A stretch of DNA of 51,141 bases from a virus (IMGVR_UViG_3300044799_000031:1-51141), one strand, 5' to 3'; shown: positions 8,223 through 17,209, counted from the first letter of the stretch. Numbers and translations: made by a program. The notes: generated by a model not told the origin, from the sequence alone.

Positions 8223-9494
8223 ATGGTCGACTTGACGGATCCGGTAGAAACGATAACTGAACTTTTGTCAGACGAGACTACTGGACTCGGAACAACCGGT
8301 TACACGATCACCAACGATAAAAACAATCTTCTAACTTTAGTGAACAACGATATTTTAGTCATGTACATTTTCAACAAGGAGGATCTAAGAACAATTTTTG
8401 GTGAACCGACTAGATGTGACGTTTTCATTACAGTTACTGCGGAGACCGCGGTCGAAGAGTGGATAGGTTTAACCACAAAGCAGATTGTAACTCCCGTCAC
8501 TCTCACTGTCCATGTCATCGATAAGACCGTTGAAGTTAATTCGGTCGAACAATTGATTACGGCGGCCTTAGTTAGGTATAAAACTGTAGAGGCAATACGC
8601 AAATTCATTAAGGATCATACCTCATCACCTGGTGGCACTATAGCAATATGGGAATTGCTCGACGTAAAAAATGAAAATGATGTTACGACTAAACCGATAT
8701 TGTGGAAGGCCATCGTCAAGACTCAGGCGACCACCTACTATACTCCTGATCTTCCAGAAGAGACCATAGTTAAAGTCGCTTTCGACTCTCATGCATCCGA
8801 CAGTTCTTCTTACCATTTGGGTTCGATAAGTCTAGACGACGTTGACGTTGGTGCTCTCCCGTGTACTAAAGTGCTTGATCCGGGAGTGTACGCCGTTGAA
8901 TGGACAGATGCTGAGTTTGTAGAATGGCAGGTATCAGGTCTAGTTTCAGTTGAAGACAGCGACCATTCAAGTACGATTCTGACGGTTACAGGGACGGGAA
9001 CCGCGACGGCCATCTATAATTCTGAGAGCGACAACCTCGATTTTGAGATTCCGCCCTTTGCTCCTCCGAAAGACTGGGTGCCCAAGACAGACGACAGCGA
9101 CCCCTGTAACTTTTGGACTTATCCATGCTATTCTACCGATGCGGACTTTTTTCATGGAAGTCGATGTTTGGTGTTGCCCGTGGCCGACCCTCTTTACGGT
9201 GGATGGGTGAAACATACATTCGGCGTTTACTTTAAAAAAACCGACGTAGTGTCAATGCAGTGTACCGCTTGCGCTGTCGGTTTCGGGCATCCATTCGAGA
9301 CCCTTACTGTCACATACTTTTACAATGATGGAAGCACTCTAGACGTTGAATTTGAACTTACGGATCAATGGTCGACGTGTCACCTTGACACTTATCTTGA
9401 CCCCATTAAGAAACTTGTAGCCTTAGCATTTTGGGCACCTCATGCTGTTGCCATTCATCTAGATTATCTCGACATACACTTTGTGGGGATGTAA
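8223..9494 (+). CDS. Tail terminator-like protein with C-terminal Ig-like and carbohydrate-binding-like extension
   Basis: Likely start ATG 8223; N-terminal ~170 aa resembles tail completion proteins; FVEWQVSG..TILTVTGTGTATAIY; DADFFHGSRCL..IHLDYL. Confidence 0.5.
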   Translation: MVDLTDPVETITELLSDETTGLGTTGYTITNDKNNLLTLVNNDILVMYIFNKEDLRTIFGEPTRCDVFITVTAETAVEEWIGLTTKQIVTPVTLTVHVIDKTVEVNSVEQLITAALVRYKTVEAIRKFIKDHTSSPGGTIAIWELLDVKNENDVTTKPILWKAIVKTQATTYYTPDLPEETIVKVAFDSHASDSSSYHLGSISLDDVDVGALPCTKVLDPGVYAVEWTDAEFVEWQVSGLVSVEDSDHSSTILTVTGTGTATAIYNSESDNLDFEIPPFAPPKDWVPKTDDSDPCNFWTYPCYSTDADFFHGSRCLVLPVADPLYGGWVKHTFGVYFKKTDVVSMQCTACAVGFGHPFETLTVTYFYNDGSTLDVEFELTDQWSTCHLDTYLDPIKKLVALAFWAPHAVAIHLDYLDIHFVGM

Positions 9495-10016
9495 ATGAAA
9501 GAAGTTTCAATGGTCATAGTGGTCGACGAGGAAGAGACTCTAATCGACGATTTCATCGCTTACTACAAGAAACTTTTGATTAATCCGGATATTGAGAGGA
9601 TTGTGATTTGGAAACGCGGAGGAGAACTTCTGAAACAGTATGCTGATGTTACAGAGAAGTCCGATGTTGATTTGTGCACTGCTCGTAAAAGAGGTTTTGC
9701 TCTTGCGACCTCGTCTTACATTCTGAATGCTGATGTAGACACCAGACTTCCTCATCCATTTCTACCTTGGGCATCGATTAAGATGAAGACTGTGCCGGAT
9801 GTGGGCGTTGTCGCTCTAGACTATGATTATCCATTCACGCAAGGCCATCTGGCGTTTGGAGCAAGTTTATTTAAGACCGAGTTGCTTAAGCACTACTATG
9901 ATAGGCCAGAAGGCGGTTGTGAGTGCATCAACATGTGGAATAAAGTTAGAAACGCAGGTTTCAAGATTATTGGTTTACCGATGTTTGCCATTCACAAGAA
10001 GGAGGTTATTAATTGA
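9495..10016 (+). CDS. GT-A (GT2-like) glycosyltransferase
   Basis: ARKRGFALATSSYILNADVD (DxD), FGASLFK. Confidence 0.7.
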   Translation: MKEVSMVIVVDEEETLIDDFIAYYKKLLINPDIERIVIWKRGGELLKQYADVTEKSDVDLCTARKRGFALATSSYILNADVDTRLPHPFLPWASIKMKTVPDVGVVALDYDYPFTQGHLAFGASLFKTELLKHYYDRPEGGCECINMWNKVRNAGFKIIGLPMFAIHKKEVIN

Positions 10017-10921
10017 CGGATGTAATTTGTCCAGAGCATGTTAAAGTTTTTTACGACGTGGAGGACGTCTATGGCGACGGAGGAAGTTCTGGTGCACCCG
10101 ATTTCTCTTGGATAGGAATTATTCAGGACGTTCCTCAGACTTTCGATTATTCCCGGAAAGAGTGTCGGGGTCTGGGGAGCATTGACATTAGTGCTCTAGC
10201 GGATGGACTCAAAAGTCCCGAGTTAAGCATTAAATGGGTGATTCAACGGAAGTCCGGAGCATTCGATCCTCTAACATTTCTTGATTATGCCAAAAGTTTT
10301 CCTGAAGGCATTGGAGTTGAATGGGGTGCCGAATATGGTCTCTCTTATCTCTCGATGTGGTATAAGGGTCTGCTTCCAGACTCTTTAGACGTTGAATTTT
10401 CCATTGATTCATTTCAAATCGCCACCATGAAACTTATTGGGAGAGAAGTGATTGATGGCGTCGCTTTTGTTGGAAGCGGTTATCAGGACAATCCTCTAGA
10501 CGTTGCTAATGGTTACAGTCTTCCTTTAACTGGTCATGATGCGGAAGTGTTCATGAACGCTGCAGGGGCATCCGATGAAAGTCTAACTGATGTGAAGAGA
10601 GTCAAATTCTCCCTTAAAAATAATCTCACTAGAGTTCCTGTTATCCGAGAGAATATTTCAAATCTACTCAAGTACATCTTGAGAACTAAACGTGAACTTT
10701 CAGGCGAAATAACCTGTTTTATGGAGAACAAGGACAAGTATGCTGATTTACTTAACAGCACTCTCCTCGACATACGTATTGATCTTCAGAAAACGGACAA
10801 TACTCCATATTTCGATTTTACAAACGTTAAACTTGACAAGGGATCCATCACTACCAGAATAAACGAGGTTCCTTGCGAAGTGACTTTACCTTTCATTGCG
10901 TCTAGTCTAGGAACAGGATAG
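10013..10921 (+). CDS. Major tail tube protein
   Basis: FSLKNNL, RELSGEIT motifs; followed by chaperone pair. Confidence 0.75.
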   Translation: MTDVICPEHVKVFYDVEDVYGDGGSSGAPDFSWIGIIQDVPQTFDYSRKECRGLGSIDISALADGLKSPELSIKWVIQRKSGAFDPLTFLDYAKSFPEGIGVEWGAEYGLSYLSMWYKGLLPDSLDVEFSIDSFQIATMKLIGREVIDGVAFVGSGYQDNPLDVANGYSLPLTGHDAEVFMNAAGASDESLTDVKRVKFSLKNNLTRVPVIRENISNLLKYILRTKRELSGEITCFMENKDKYADLLNSTLLDIRIDLQKTDNTPYFDFTNVKLDKGSITTRINEVPCEVTLPFIASSLGTG

Positions 10922-10931
10922 GAGGGACAGG

Positions 10932-11291
10932 ATGGAGAAGAAAATTACTCTAGATGAAAGGTTCGGCAAAGAGTTTGCAGGGGCATACGTCTTCCGTAGC
11001 ATAAGTTGGGGGAGAAGCAACCAGATAACGAGCGACTGCACTTCCGTGAATCCGGCGATCAAGACGAGCAGGATCGATCTCAAGAGACTTCAGGGTTTAA
11101 TGCTCAACGAAAGCATGAAGGAGCGCCCGAAGATAATCACTCTGGACATGCTCCTGAGCGAGGATCCCGAGAAGGGCATACCCATGGTTTTAGGTGAAAT
11201 TCTGATGTCGTGTGCCGATTTTGTTAACGGATACACCGAGAAGGATCGCGCCGAACTAAAAAACTTGAAGAAGCAATGGGGTTTGGGTTGA
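10932..11291 (+). CDS. Tail assembly chaperone
   Basis: Synteny; in-frame slippery heptamer A AAA AAC at 11258-11264. Confidence 0.7.
   Translation: MEKKITLDERFGKEFAGAYVFRSISWGRSNQITSDCTSVNPAIKTSRIDLKRLQGLMLNESMKERPKIITLDMLLSEDPEKGIPMVLGEILMSCADFVNGYTEKDRAELKNLKKQWGLG
11258..11264 (+). other. Candidate -1 programmed ribosomal frameshift site
   Basis: CTA AAA AAC; the -1 frame is open from 11228 into 11276..11554. Confidence 0.65.
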
Positions 11292-11554
11292 GTCACCCAG
11301 ACCTAAGCGTATATAGACTCGTTAAGAGTGGTGAATCGGGTTTGAATCTAAATTTGAGCGACCTATTTCCGAAGGTTATCAAGGTGCCTTCTTTCTTCGA
11401 CATAGTTGTCTCCTTCTTCTCTCGTAAATCTTTAGTCGTATTGGTCGAGGCTTATCCCGTTAATCTCATCAGACGTTTAGAGTTTATCCAGAAGAAAGTA
11501 GACGAGGAAATAAAGGCGAAGATAGACAAGGCGAGGAGGGACGCGGGTGTCTGA
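11276..11554 (+). CDS. Tail chaperone frameshift extension (GT-like)
   Basis: -1 frame relative to 10932, overlapping its end. Confidence 0.6.
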   Translation: MGFGLSHPDLSVYRLVKSGESGLNLNLSDLFPKVIKVPSFFDIVVSFFSRKSLVVLVEAYPVNLIRRLEFIQKKVDEEIKAKIDKARRDAGV

Positions 11555-11948
11555 GTACGGAGGACTCGAGGTCGACATCAAGATCATTAATCTAGACGAG
11601 GTTAAACGCGCTCTCAAGACCTTCGGCGTCGACATGCAGAATGAACTTTTGAATGCTCTCCAACCTATAGCGAGCGAGGAGGAGAAATTTCTCAAGTCGA
11701 CTTCAGGTTTCAGGGATCGAACCGGCCATCTCAGGAGAAGCATGTATGTCACCGTGCTCTATAATCCCCCGGGAATCGAGGTCGGGGTCACATCTAACTA
11801 TGCGGTCTACGTTGCTATGGGTCACGGTTCTTGGAGAGGGAACTGGTGGTTAACCTATCTCCATTCCGCAGTCCCCAGAATAATCGACGGTTTTGAAAAA
11901 GCAGTCAATAGAATGGCCGTTAAGTTTAATCGAGGTGGATCATCTTGA
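11547..11948 (+). CDS. HK97 gp10-like tail/neck protein
   Basis: DRTGHLRRSM...VGVTSNYAVYVAMGH. Confidence 0.75.
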   Translation: MSEYGGLEVDIKIINLDEVKRALKTFGVDMQNELLNALQPIASEEEKFLKSTSGFRDRTGHLRRSMYVTVLYNPPGIEVGVTSNYAVYVAMGHGSWRGNWWLTYLHSAVPRIIDGFEKAVNRMAVKFNRGGSS

Positions 11949-12478
11949 GTCTGGGTTCAATGAGTCTGGGGGGAGGCGGTCCAACTCTGATGATGAGCAT
12001 TGCTGCTCGGGACATGACAGGCAATGCCTTCGATCAGGTTGAAGGAAAGATGGATAAACTCGCTATGACGAGCGTTAGAGCGGTCGATAAAATAGGAATG
12101 CTTGCCATGCAATTCGCCACGTTTGGAAGGATCACCGGTCTATTGAACGACGAACAGGCCAAGATGATCGGCATTTTTGGCGCCGTCATCAATGTTCTGA
12201 CTACTGGTTATTATGTAGCCAAGATGATAGCGACTGCTATTACATGGGCGCACAACGTCGCTTTAACCTGGGAAGTTGCTCTTATGACTCTAGGGATTGG
12301 AGTGGCTATTGCTGCTGCTGCCGCTATCGCCATTCTCGCTTCCCAGACTCAAAGTGCCGCTGTTGCTCAGAAGAACTACAACGTCGAACTCGAGAAAGGT
12401 ACAACTCTCCAAGAGAGGAGAACTGCTAGTCAGCGGTTAGTTCGTCGCGGCGAATATGAAGAGGTTCTCGTGGAGTAA
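11945..12478 (+). CDS. Very short tape-measure-like protein
   Basis: MSIAARDMTGNAFDQV N-terminus, Ala-rich hydrophobic helices, directly before the hub gene. Confidence 0.6.
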   Translation: MSLGSMSLGGGGPTLMMSIAARDMTGNAFDQVEGKMDKLAMTSVRAVDKIGMLAMQFATFGRITGLLNDEQAKMIGIFGAVINVLTTGYYVAKMIATAITWAHNVALTWEVALMTLGIGVAIAAAAAIAILASQTQSAAVAQKNYNVELEKGTTLQERRTASQRLVRRGEYEEVLVE

Positions 12479-12484
12479 CTAAAA

Positions 12485-14668
12485 ATGTCTTTATCAATCC
12501 CTCATGCTGAAGTCAAGGTGAATGGAACCGAAGTCGTAGTACAAAATCTTATAGAGGTCAATATTCATCTCGGATGCACCAAGGAAGTTTCTAGTTTTGA
12601 GGTGGTTGTGAACAATGGCAATTCCGTCTACTACGCGGGAGACTACAGTCGTGGCAAGACAAAGGAATTTGTTAAAGGCTCTGTCGTCACCATAAAAGTA
12701 AAGCGGGGCGTGATAACAGTAGATACGTCTTACCTGTTTACGGGGACTCTCGGAAATTGCGAATATATCGATGAGGCCGAGGACTATGCCTTCAGAAATG
12801 TTGTTATTCTCAGAGGAAGATGCCGAGGAAAACAGTTCTTTAGTAGGAAGTTTGATGGCAATCTGAGTGATAACGTTGGAGTGACTTACCGCGCTTATCA
12901 TCGAGGTTTAGGGGAAGCCGAAAGCCTAGTCGCGTATTTAATTGACAATTATACGACTTTGGAGCATTTTCGGGAAAGTACCGACGGAGACGAGGATGCC
13001 TCATCTAGCCAAAAGGATGTTGTAGTCGTTGACAGTTCATTCTTTAGTGAAAACGATCTTGTAAGAATTATAGACGATAATTCCTGGGAATATAATCAGA
13101 TTGACAGCATTGATGGCAACACTTTAACGATGAAAGGCGATTTGGTGAACGACTATGCAGTTATTGATTCCCTTAGAGTGGATCTCGATTTAATTCGAGC
13201 ATCTAACACGTCTTATACTTTAATGCGTTTTGAGCACGAAACAATTTTTGACATCATCAAATTTATTGCCGACACGGCGAGCACCGTTGATGGAGTGATA
13301 GGTTACGACTTCCGCTGCGAGCACGACGGTTGTTTTGCTTGGCTTCCCCGTGGACTTCTCGCTGAACCGTACGGTCTAGAGGAGGAGTGTCAACTTCATA
13401 GATTGCTTGATGATGCTGAGCGCGTGAAAAACACTATTTGGGTTTATGGGAAGGCAGATAAGCCTTATCCTCTCGATCTAGACGGTCAAGCATGGTCTGA
13501 CTCATTGACGGATCTTGATGCTCCATCGGTAAAAGCCGAATTGAATACCGATGCTTTTTTAGGTCAAAAAGATGTTGTTCTAGTGGCAGGTGAAGGAGCA
13601 CGATTCCTTGAAGATGACTGGGTTTTTCTGATGGATACAAACGTTGGTTCCGGAGAATTGATTCAGATTGACGGCATATCCGGGGACACTTTGACAATGA
13701 AAACAAATCTGACCAAAGACTGCTTGTTGGCAAGTTGGGGAATAGTTTTTCTAGTTTACTACAACAATAGTCAGGTTGGTTGGGGTTTCGAACCGGAAGG
13801 AGACGAGAACCAATTAGAGATTACGGCCGGAGGCACAGTAAGAGAAGGTTACAATAGCGTCAGCGTCCATCTCCTCGTTTCTGGCAATTGGTGCAAAGTG
13901 ATGCTTGTCTTCAAGGAACCCGTAAATCTGAATGATTACCCTGAAATTATTGGAAGTCTGTATTTCAATACGATTGTTCCTAAGAATTATCGGTTAACTC
14001 TTCTAAGCGGAAATTGTGGAGCAAATGAATGGGCGGACTCTGTGGAACAGTCTGGTCTTTCTGAGGATCAGTGGTTAGACATGAAGATTGAAGGAGGAGA
14101 AAAAAATGCAAAGAATTGGTGGAGTGCAATAGACTTCAACTGGACAAACGTTAGATGCATAGTCTTCGACGTCTTATACGAGGTTAATGGAAACCATACC
14201 TTCTTCATCGATAGACTTTACTTGTCGGGGAAACGCTGGGGAGGAGGTTCAGACGACGAAGCGGTAGACGGATTTGCAGAGGCCACCGACAGTCAAATCG
14301 ACTACGGTCCTCAAGAGCACGTGGTGATCAGCGACATGCTTCTAAGCGACGCCGAGTGCGAGGCAAAGGCGCAGTCGCTAAAATCCTTTTACCGGAGTCC
14401 TCGCTTGAGTTTTGAACTCTTTACCAAGAGTCTCGACTGGGGGGACAATCATTTAACCGCTGGAAATCGTACAGGTATTCTTCTTACCGGTCATGATATT
14501 CAAGGTTGGTACCGTATTGACTCGATAGACCTGTCCTTTAGCGCCGACTTTCAGAATGTGGTTACGACGTTCATGATTGAAAATGCTCCATTACGGACTG
14601 CCGACTATCTTTACGCCTTGTCGAGAAAGATCCGCGAACTGGAGAGAAGTTATAGTACGATCCGTTGA
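12485..14668 (+). CDS. Tail tip / baseplate hub protein with inserted beta domains
   Basis: VSSFEVVVNN, RVKNTIWVYG, SQIDYG; internal repeat QKDVV...QIDxIxGxTLTMK present twice; CBM-like FFIDRL segment. Confidence 0.7.
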   Translation: MSLSIPHAEVKVNGTEVVVQNLIEVNIHLGCTKEVSSFEVVVNNGNSVYYAGDYSRGKTKEFVKGSVVTIKVKRGVITVDTSYLFTGTLGNCEYIDEAEDYAFRNVVILRGRCRGKQFFSRKFDGNLSDNVGVTYRAYHRGLGEAESLVAYLIDNYTTLEHFRESTDGDEDASSSQKDVVVVDSSFFSENDLVRIIDDNSWEYNQIDSIDGNTLTMKGDLVNDYAVIDSLRVDLDLIRASNTSYTLMRFEHETIFDIIKFIADTASTVDGVIGYDFRCEHDGCFAWLPRGLLAEPYGLEEECQLHRLLDDAERVKNTIWVYGKADKPYPLDLDGQAWSDSLTDLDAPSVKAELNTDAFLGQKDVVLVAGEGARFLEDDWVFLMDTNVGSGELIQIDGISGDTLTMKTNLTKDCLLASWGIVFLVYYNNSQVGWGFEPEGDENQLEITAGGTVREGYNSVSVHLLVSGNWCKVMLVFKEPVNLNDYPEIIGSLYFNTIVPKNYRLTLLSGNCGANEWADSVEQSGLSEDQWLDMKIEGGEKNAKNWWSAIDFNWTNVRCIVFDVLYEVNGNHTFFIDRLYLSGKRWGGGSDDEAVDGFAEATDSQIDYGPQEHVVISDMLLSDAECEAKAQSLKSFYRSPRLSFELFTKSLDWGDNHLTAGNRTGILLTGHDIQGWYRIDSIDLSFSADFQNVVTTFMIENAPLRTADYLYALSRKIRELERSYSTIR

Positions 14669-14728
14669 TCATAGTTACAACTGTCATGGTCCAACTAGTC
14701 CCTCTGCCTGACCGTGGGTTGTAACGAT
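14668..14728 (+). other. Intergenic long hairpin
   Basis: GTTACAAC/GTTGTAAC and CATGGTC/GACCGTG stems with an 18-nt loop. Confidence 0.55.
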
Positions 14729-14744
14729 AAAAGAGGAGAAAACC

Positions 14745-14864
14745 ATGAACAAGGTTAGACTGCTATACTGTGCCATTCGATTGATTCCGATTGCCCTAGT
14801 GATAGTCTGTTGCGCTTTGCACATGTACAGCCAGTTTGGCGCCGGTTGCGACGGAGACTTCTAG
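14745..14864 (+). CDS. Small hydrophobic peptide (39 aa)
   Basis: GAGGAG RBS; MNKVRLLYCAIRLIPIALVIVCCALHMYS. Confidence 0.5.
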   Translation: MNKVRLLYCAIRLIPIALVIVCCALHMYSQFGAGCDGDF

Positions 14865-15137
14865 ATGCATTCTATGCGAAGACCCAAATCCCCTCTTTTT
14901 TCTGCCCTCGTTCGTCTTCTCAGATTCAGGAGGAAAGTAGACCTCTCCATGATGGATGCTGTCTTCTTGACCATCGGCGTCGGCATTGGATCAACTTCCA
15001 TGGCATTGGCGATTCTATGTTTGTTGCCATATGCTATAATCTTACTTACTGCCGGTTGGATTCCCTACGGGATATGGTGGGGTCTATGCCATTATTACAA
15101 ACGTAAGGATGCGAAGACGGAAGCGGGGAACGTTTAA
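14865..15137 (+). CDS. Small membrane protein
   Basis: Two hydrophobic segments. Confidence 0.6.
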   Translation: MHSMRRPKSPLFSALVRLLRFRRKVDLSMMDAVFLTIGVGIGSTSMALAILCLLPYAIILLTAGWIPYGIWWGLCHYYKRKDAKTEAGNV

Positions 15138-15232
15138 ATTCGACGAGGACCATGGTAGGTCGTGAATTAACTTTTGACAACTATATTTAAAGGTCACAAG
15201 GTTACTTGTGTACGGGGTTCGGAGGTGAAAGC

Positions 15233-15499
15233 GTGTCTGAACCAAAGAGTCAGCATTTCGGATTCAAGACTTCAGGTCTAGTCATCGGCGGTCTCTTCCT
15301 CATCATCTGGACTTTGGCCTTCATGTTGGGTCAAGCGGTTCCGGCCATGATTACCGGAGAACCAATATCAGCAGAAGTATGGACTTTGTTCCTCACCGTC
15401 ACTCTGATCATAGCAATTCTGACTATCGTGATCTACATCCTGCATGTAGTATACAAACTTGTCTATGCTGGCGAAGAATTCATACAGAAGTCGAGTTAA
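15233..15499 (+). CDS. Two-helix membrane protein
   Basis: GGAGGTGA RBS before GTG 15233; two long hydrophobic stretches. Confidence 0.7.
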   Translation: MSEPKSQHFGFKTSGLVIGGLFLIIWTLAFMLGQAVPAMITGEPISAEVWTLFLTVTLIIAILTIVIYILHVVYKLVYAGEEFIQKSS

Positions 15500-15553
15500 G
15501 TGGGATAGGTCTTCCGTTAAACCCTCCCTATTTTTTAAATGTCTTTTTTTTTC
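15500..15553 (+). terminator. Hairpin plus T-tracts, likely terminator
   Basis: GGGATAGGT...ACCCTCCC followed by T6 and T9 runs. Confidence 0.5.
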
Positions 15554-15596
15554 TATGTTCGGTTGTCACTCGAGGCGACTATAGAGTCAAGTAAAC

Positions 15597-15643
15597 TTTA
15601 TATAGTGCGGAGTATAGGGTTTTTATGTGGGTGTTTGGGAATG
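15597..15643 (+). promoter_or_regulatory. Conserved viral promoter/leader, copy 1
   Basis: TTTATATA..GCGGAGTATAGGGTT..GGGTGTTTGG..ATG. Confidence 0.7.
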
Positions 15644-15862
15644 GAAGCAAAATTTGATTTAAACTCCAAATACATTACGAAGATAGATCTTGTATTTGAG
15701 AACCAAAGAGATCTTTCACACAAATTGTTCAAGGCCGGGACTACGGTCCGACCCGAAGGAAATCCTTCTGAGAATCTTGTTGTGGTTCGGCAGACCTATC
15801 CTAACGACGACTACTTCGCCACAGTCAACGTGCCAAATCTTCGGAAGGTGTTGAACGAATGA
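15641..15862 (+). CDS. Hypothetical protein
   Basis: ATG 15641 directly after the conserved leader (MEAKFDLNSK...). Confidence 0.6.
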   Translation: MEAKFDLNSKYITKIDLVFENQRDLSHKLFKAGTTVRPEGNPSENLVVVRQTYPNDDYFATVNVPNLRKVLNE

Positions 15863-15954
15863 GCAACGTCAAATTGGTAATCGGATTCGGATTCATCTTT
15901 GGTTGGATCGCCTTAGTCGGTTGGCTGATGTTCAAGGCATTCCTTCATGTTTGA
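15859..15954 (+). CDS. Single-helix membrane peptide (31 aa)
   Basis: ATGA overlap; MSNVKLVIGFGFIFGWIALVGWLMFKAFLHV. Confidence 0.5.
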   Translation: MSNVKLVIGFGFIFGWIALVGWLMFKAFLHV

Positions 15955-16559
15955 GGAGAGAATCTGATTTGAAATTGAGGATGTACGACGAAGTTATTTA
16001 CGTAGATGGTGTCGAAGAACCTTTCCGCAGCATCGTCAACTACATTCTGGAAGAAAAAATAGTCGGATTTAATTCAACTCGTGACTCAAAGATGTTGACC
16101 ATCGCCGTTCAGGACCTTGAACTTTATCTGAGCATCAACTTTGGAAAAGAAGTTCTTCAGGAATTGCTTCACGACCACAAGAAGGTTCTCACATCTAGAA
16201 TGTTCCACGAAGAAACTGGACTATGGTTGGATCTTTGGATCAAGAAGTGGAGGGAGAGAACCCAACTTCTCTTTTCTCGGGACAAATATGACACAATGAC
16301 TAAGGGTCAAACAACCATATTCGATCTTAAAGGATATGACTATGAAGAGGCGATGGAACTTATTTCGGGGGAATTGATAAGGAAAGGAGAAATCTGTTGC
16401 GTCCAGATTCTGTCCTCCGCACTGCTTAGGAGAGTCGTCAGTCAATGGAGTCGCCCTCCGAATGTAGGCCAACTTCTATCTTCAATAGTTAGACAGGTCC
16501 GGGACCTTAGGGGGATTATCGGTCCGGTCGTCTACATCAAGATGTTCAGGGGAGAATAA
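15903..16559 (+). CDS. Hypothetical protein (start probably near 15969-15981)
   Basis: Long ORF; GAGGAG at 15953. Confidence 0.65.
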   Translation: MDRLSRLADVQGIPSCLRRESDLKLRMYDEVIYVDGVEEPFRSIVNYILEEKIVGFNSTRDSKMLTIAVQDLELYLSINFGKEVLQELLHDHKKVLTSRMFHEETGLWLDLWIKKWRERTQLLFSRDKYDTMTKGQTTIFDLKGYDYEEAMELISGELIRKGEICCVQILSSALLRRVVSQWSRPPNVGQLLSSIVRQVRDLRGIIGPVVYIKMFRGE

Positions 16560-16656
16560 TGGCAAGAATTTATGAGATCAATGTAAAGAATCGTTATACG
16601 TTTGAAGATGGGATCTGGTACATTGCCGAGAACCTTAAAACTAGGAGACCTCAAAA

Positions 16657-16842
16657 ATGAGATTAAACCTCTTCGTCGCAATTGAAGCATCCTGTCTTCT
16701 CGTCATTCTGGCCGCAGTCTTCTATCTGCTCAACAGAACCTGTTGGACTTTGATGCTTCTCATTTTACTTTTGATCCATTGCATCCTCTGTTCAATCTAT
16801 TTCACGAATAAACCTCATAGAGAGTCGGAGGTGAAGAAATGA
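16657..16842 (+). CDS. Small membrane protein
   Basis: Two hydrophobic segments; overlapping start/stop with neighbours. Confidence 0.55.
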   Translation: MRLNLFVAIEASCLLVILAAVFYLLNRTCWTLMLLILLLIHCILCSIYFTNKPHRESEVKK

Positions 16843-17063
16843 ATAGCAACCAGAAGAGACGGAGAGTCATAGCGTTGGACTCACGAGTCCTCGTGGTCGC
16901 AGTCGAAGGAGGTTGTAAGGATTTTGCAGCATATATTGGCGCGGTCCCCGGAAGAAATTTCGACGAGGAATCAAGTTTGGTTGAAGGCGAAGGAACCAAA
17001 CTCTCGATGGCCTTAGCAAGATTCTTATTCCCGGACTTCAGCGATCTTTCGTACAGGAGTTAA
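16839..17063 (+). CDS. Hypothetical protein
   Basis: GGAGGTGA RBS. Confidence 0.65.
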   Translation: MNSNQKRRRVIALDSRVLVVAVEGGCKDFAAYIGAVPGRNFDEESSLVEGEGTKLSMALARFLFPDFSDLSYRS

Positions 17064-17209
17064 CGAGAAGGAAACCGCCACGGAGAATGAACATGAAAAG
17101 TAGGCGCTTAGTCTTCCACACCCAACAAGGTGTTTTTTCATATTCTCCCTTCCCTATAGGTAGGTTAAGCGTCGAAATGCTTGCTCTTCTCACGGGCGGC
17201 CTTTAACTC
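17057..17209. ncRNA. Putative structured non-coding RNA (rod-like, nested stems)
   Basis: GAGTTAA/TTAACTC, CCGCC/GGCGG, GAGAA/TTCTC, GGCGCTTAGTCT/AGGTTAAGCGTC with G-U pairs on the + strand; inner ACACC/GGTGT hairpin. Confidence 0.5.
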
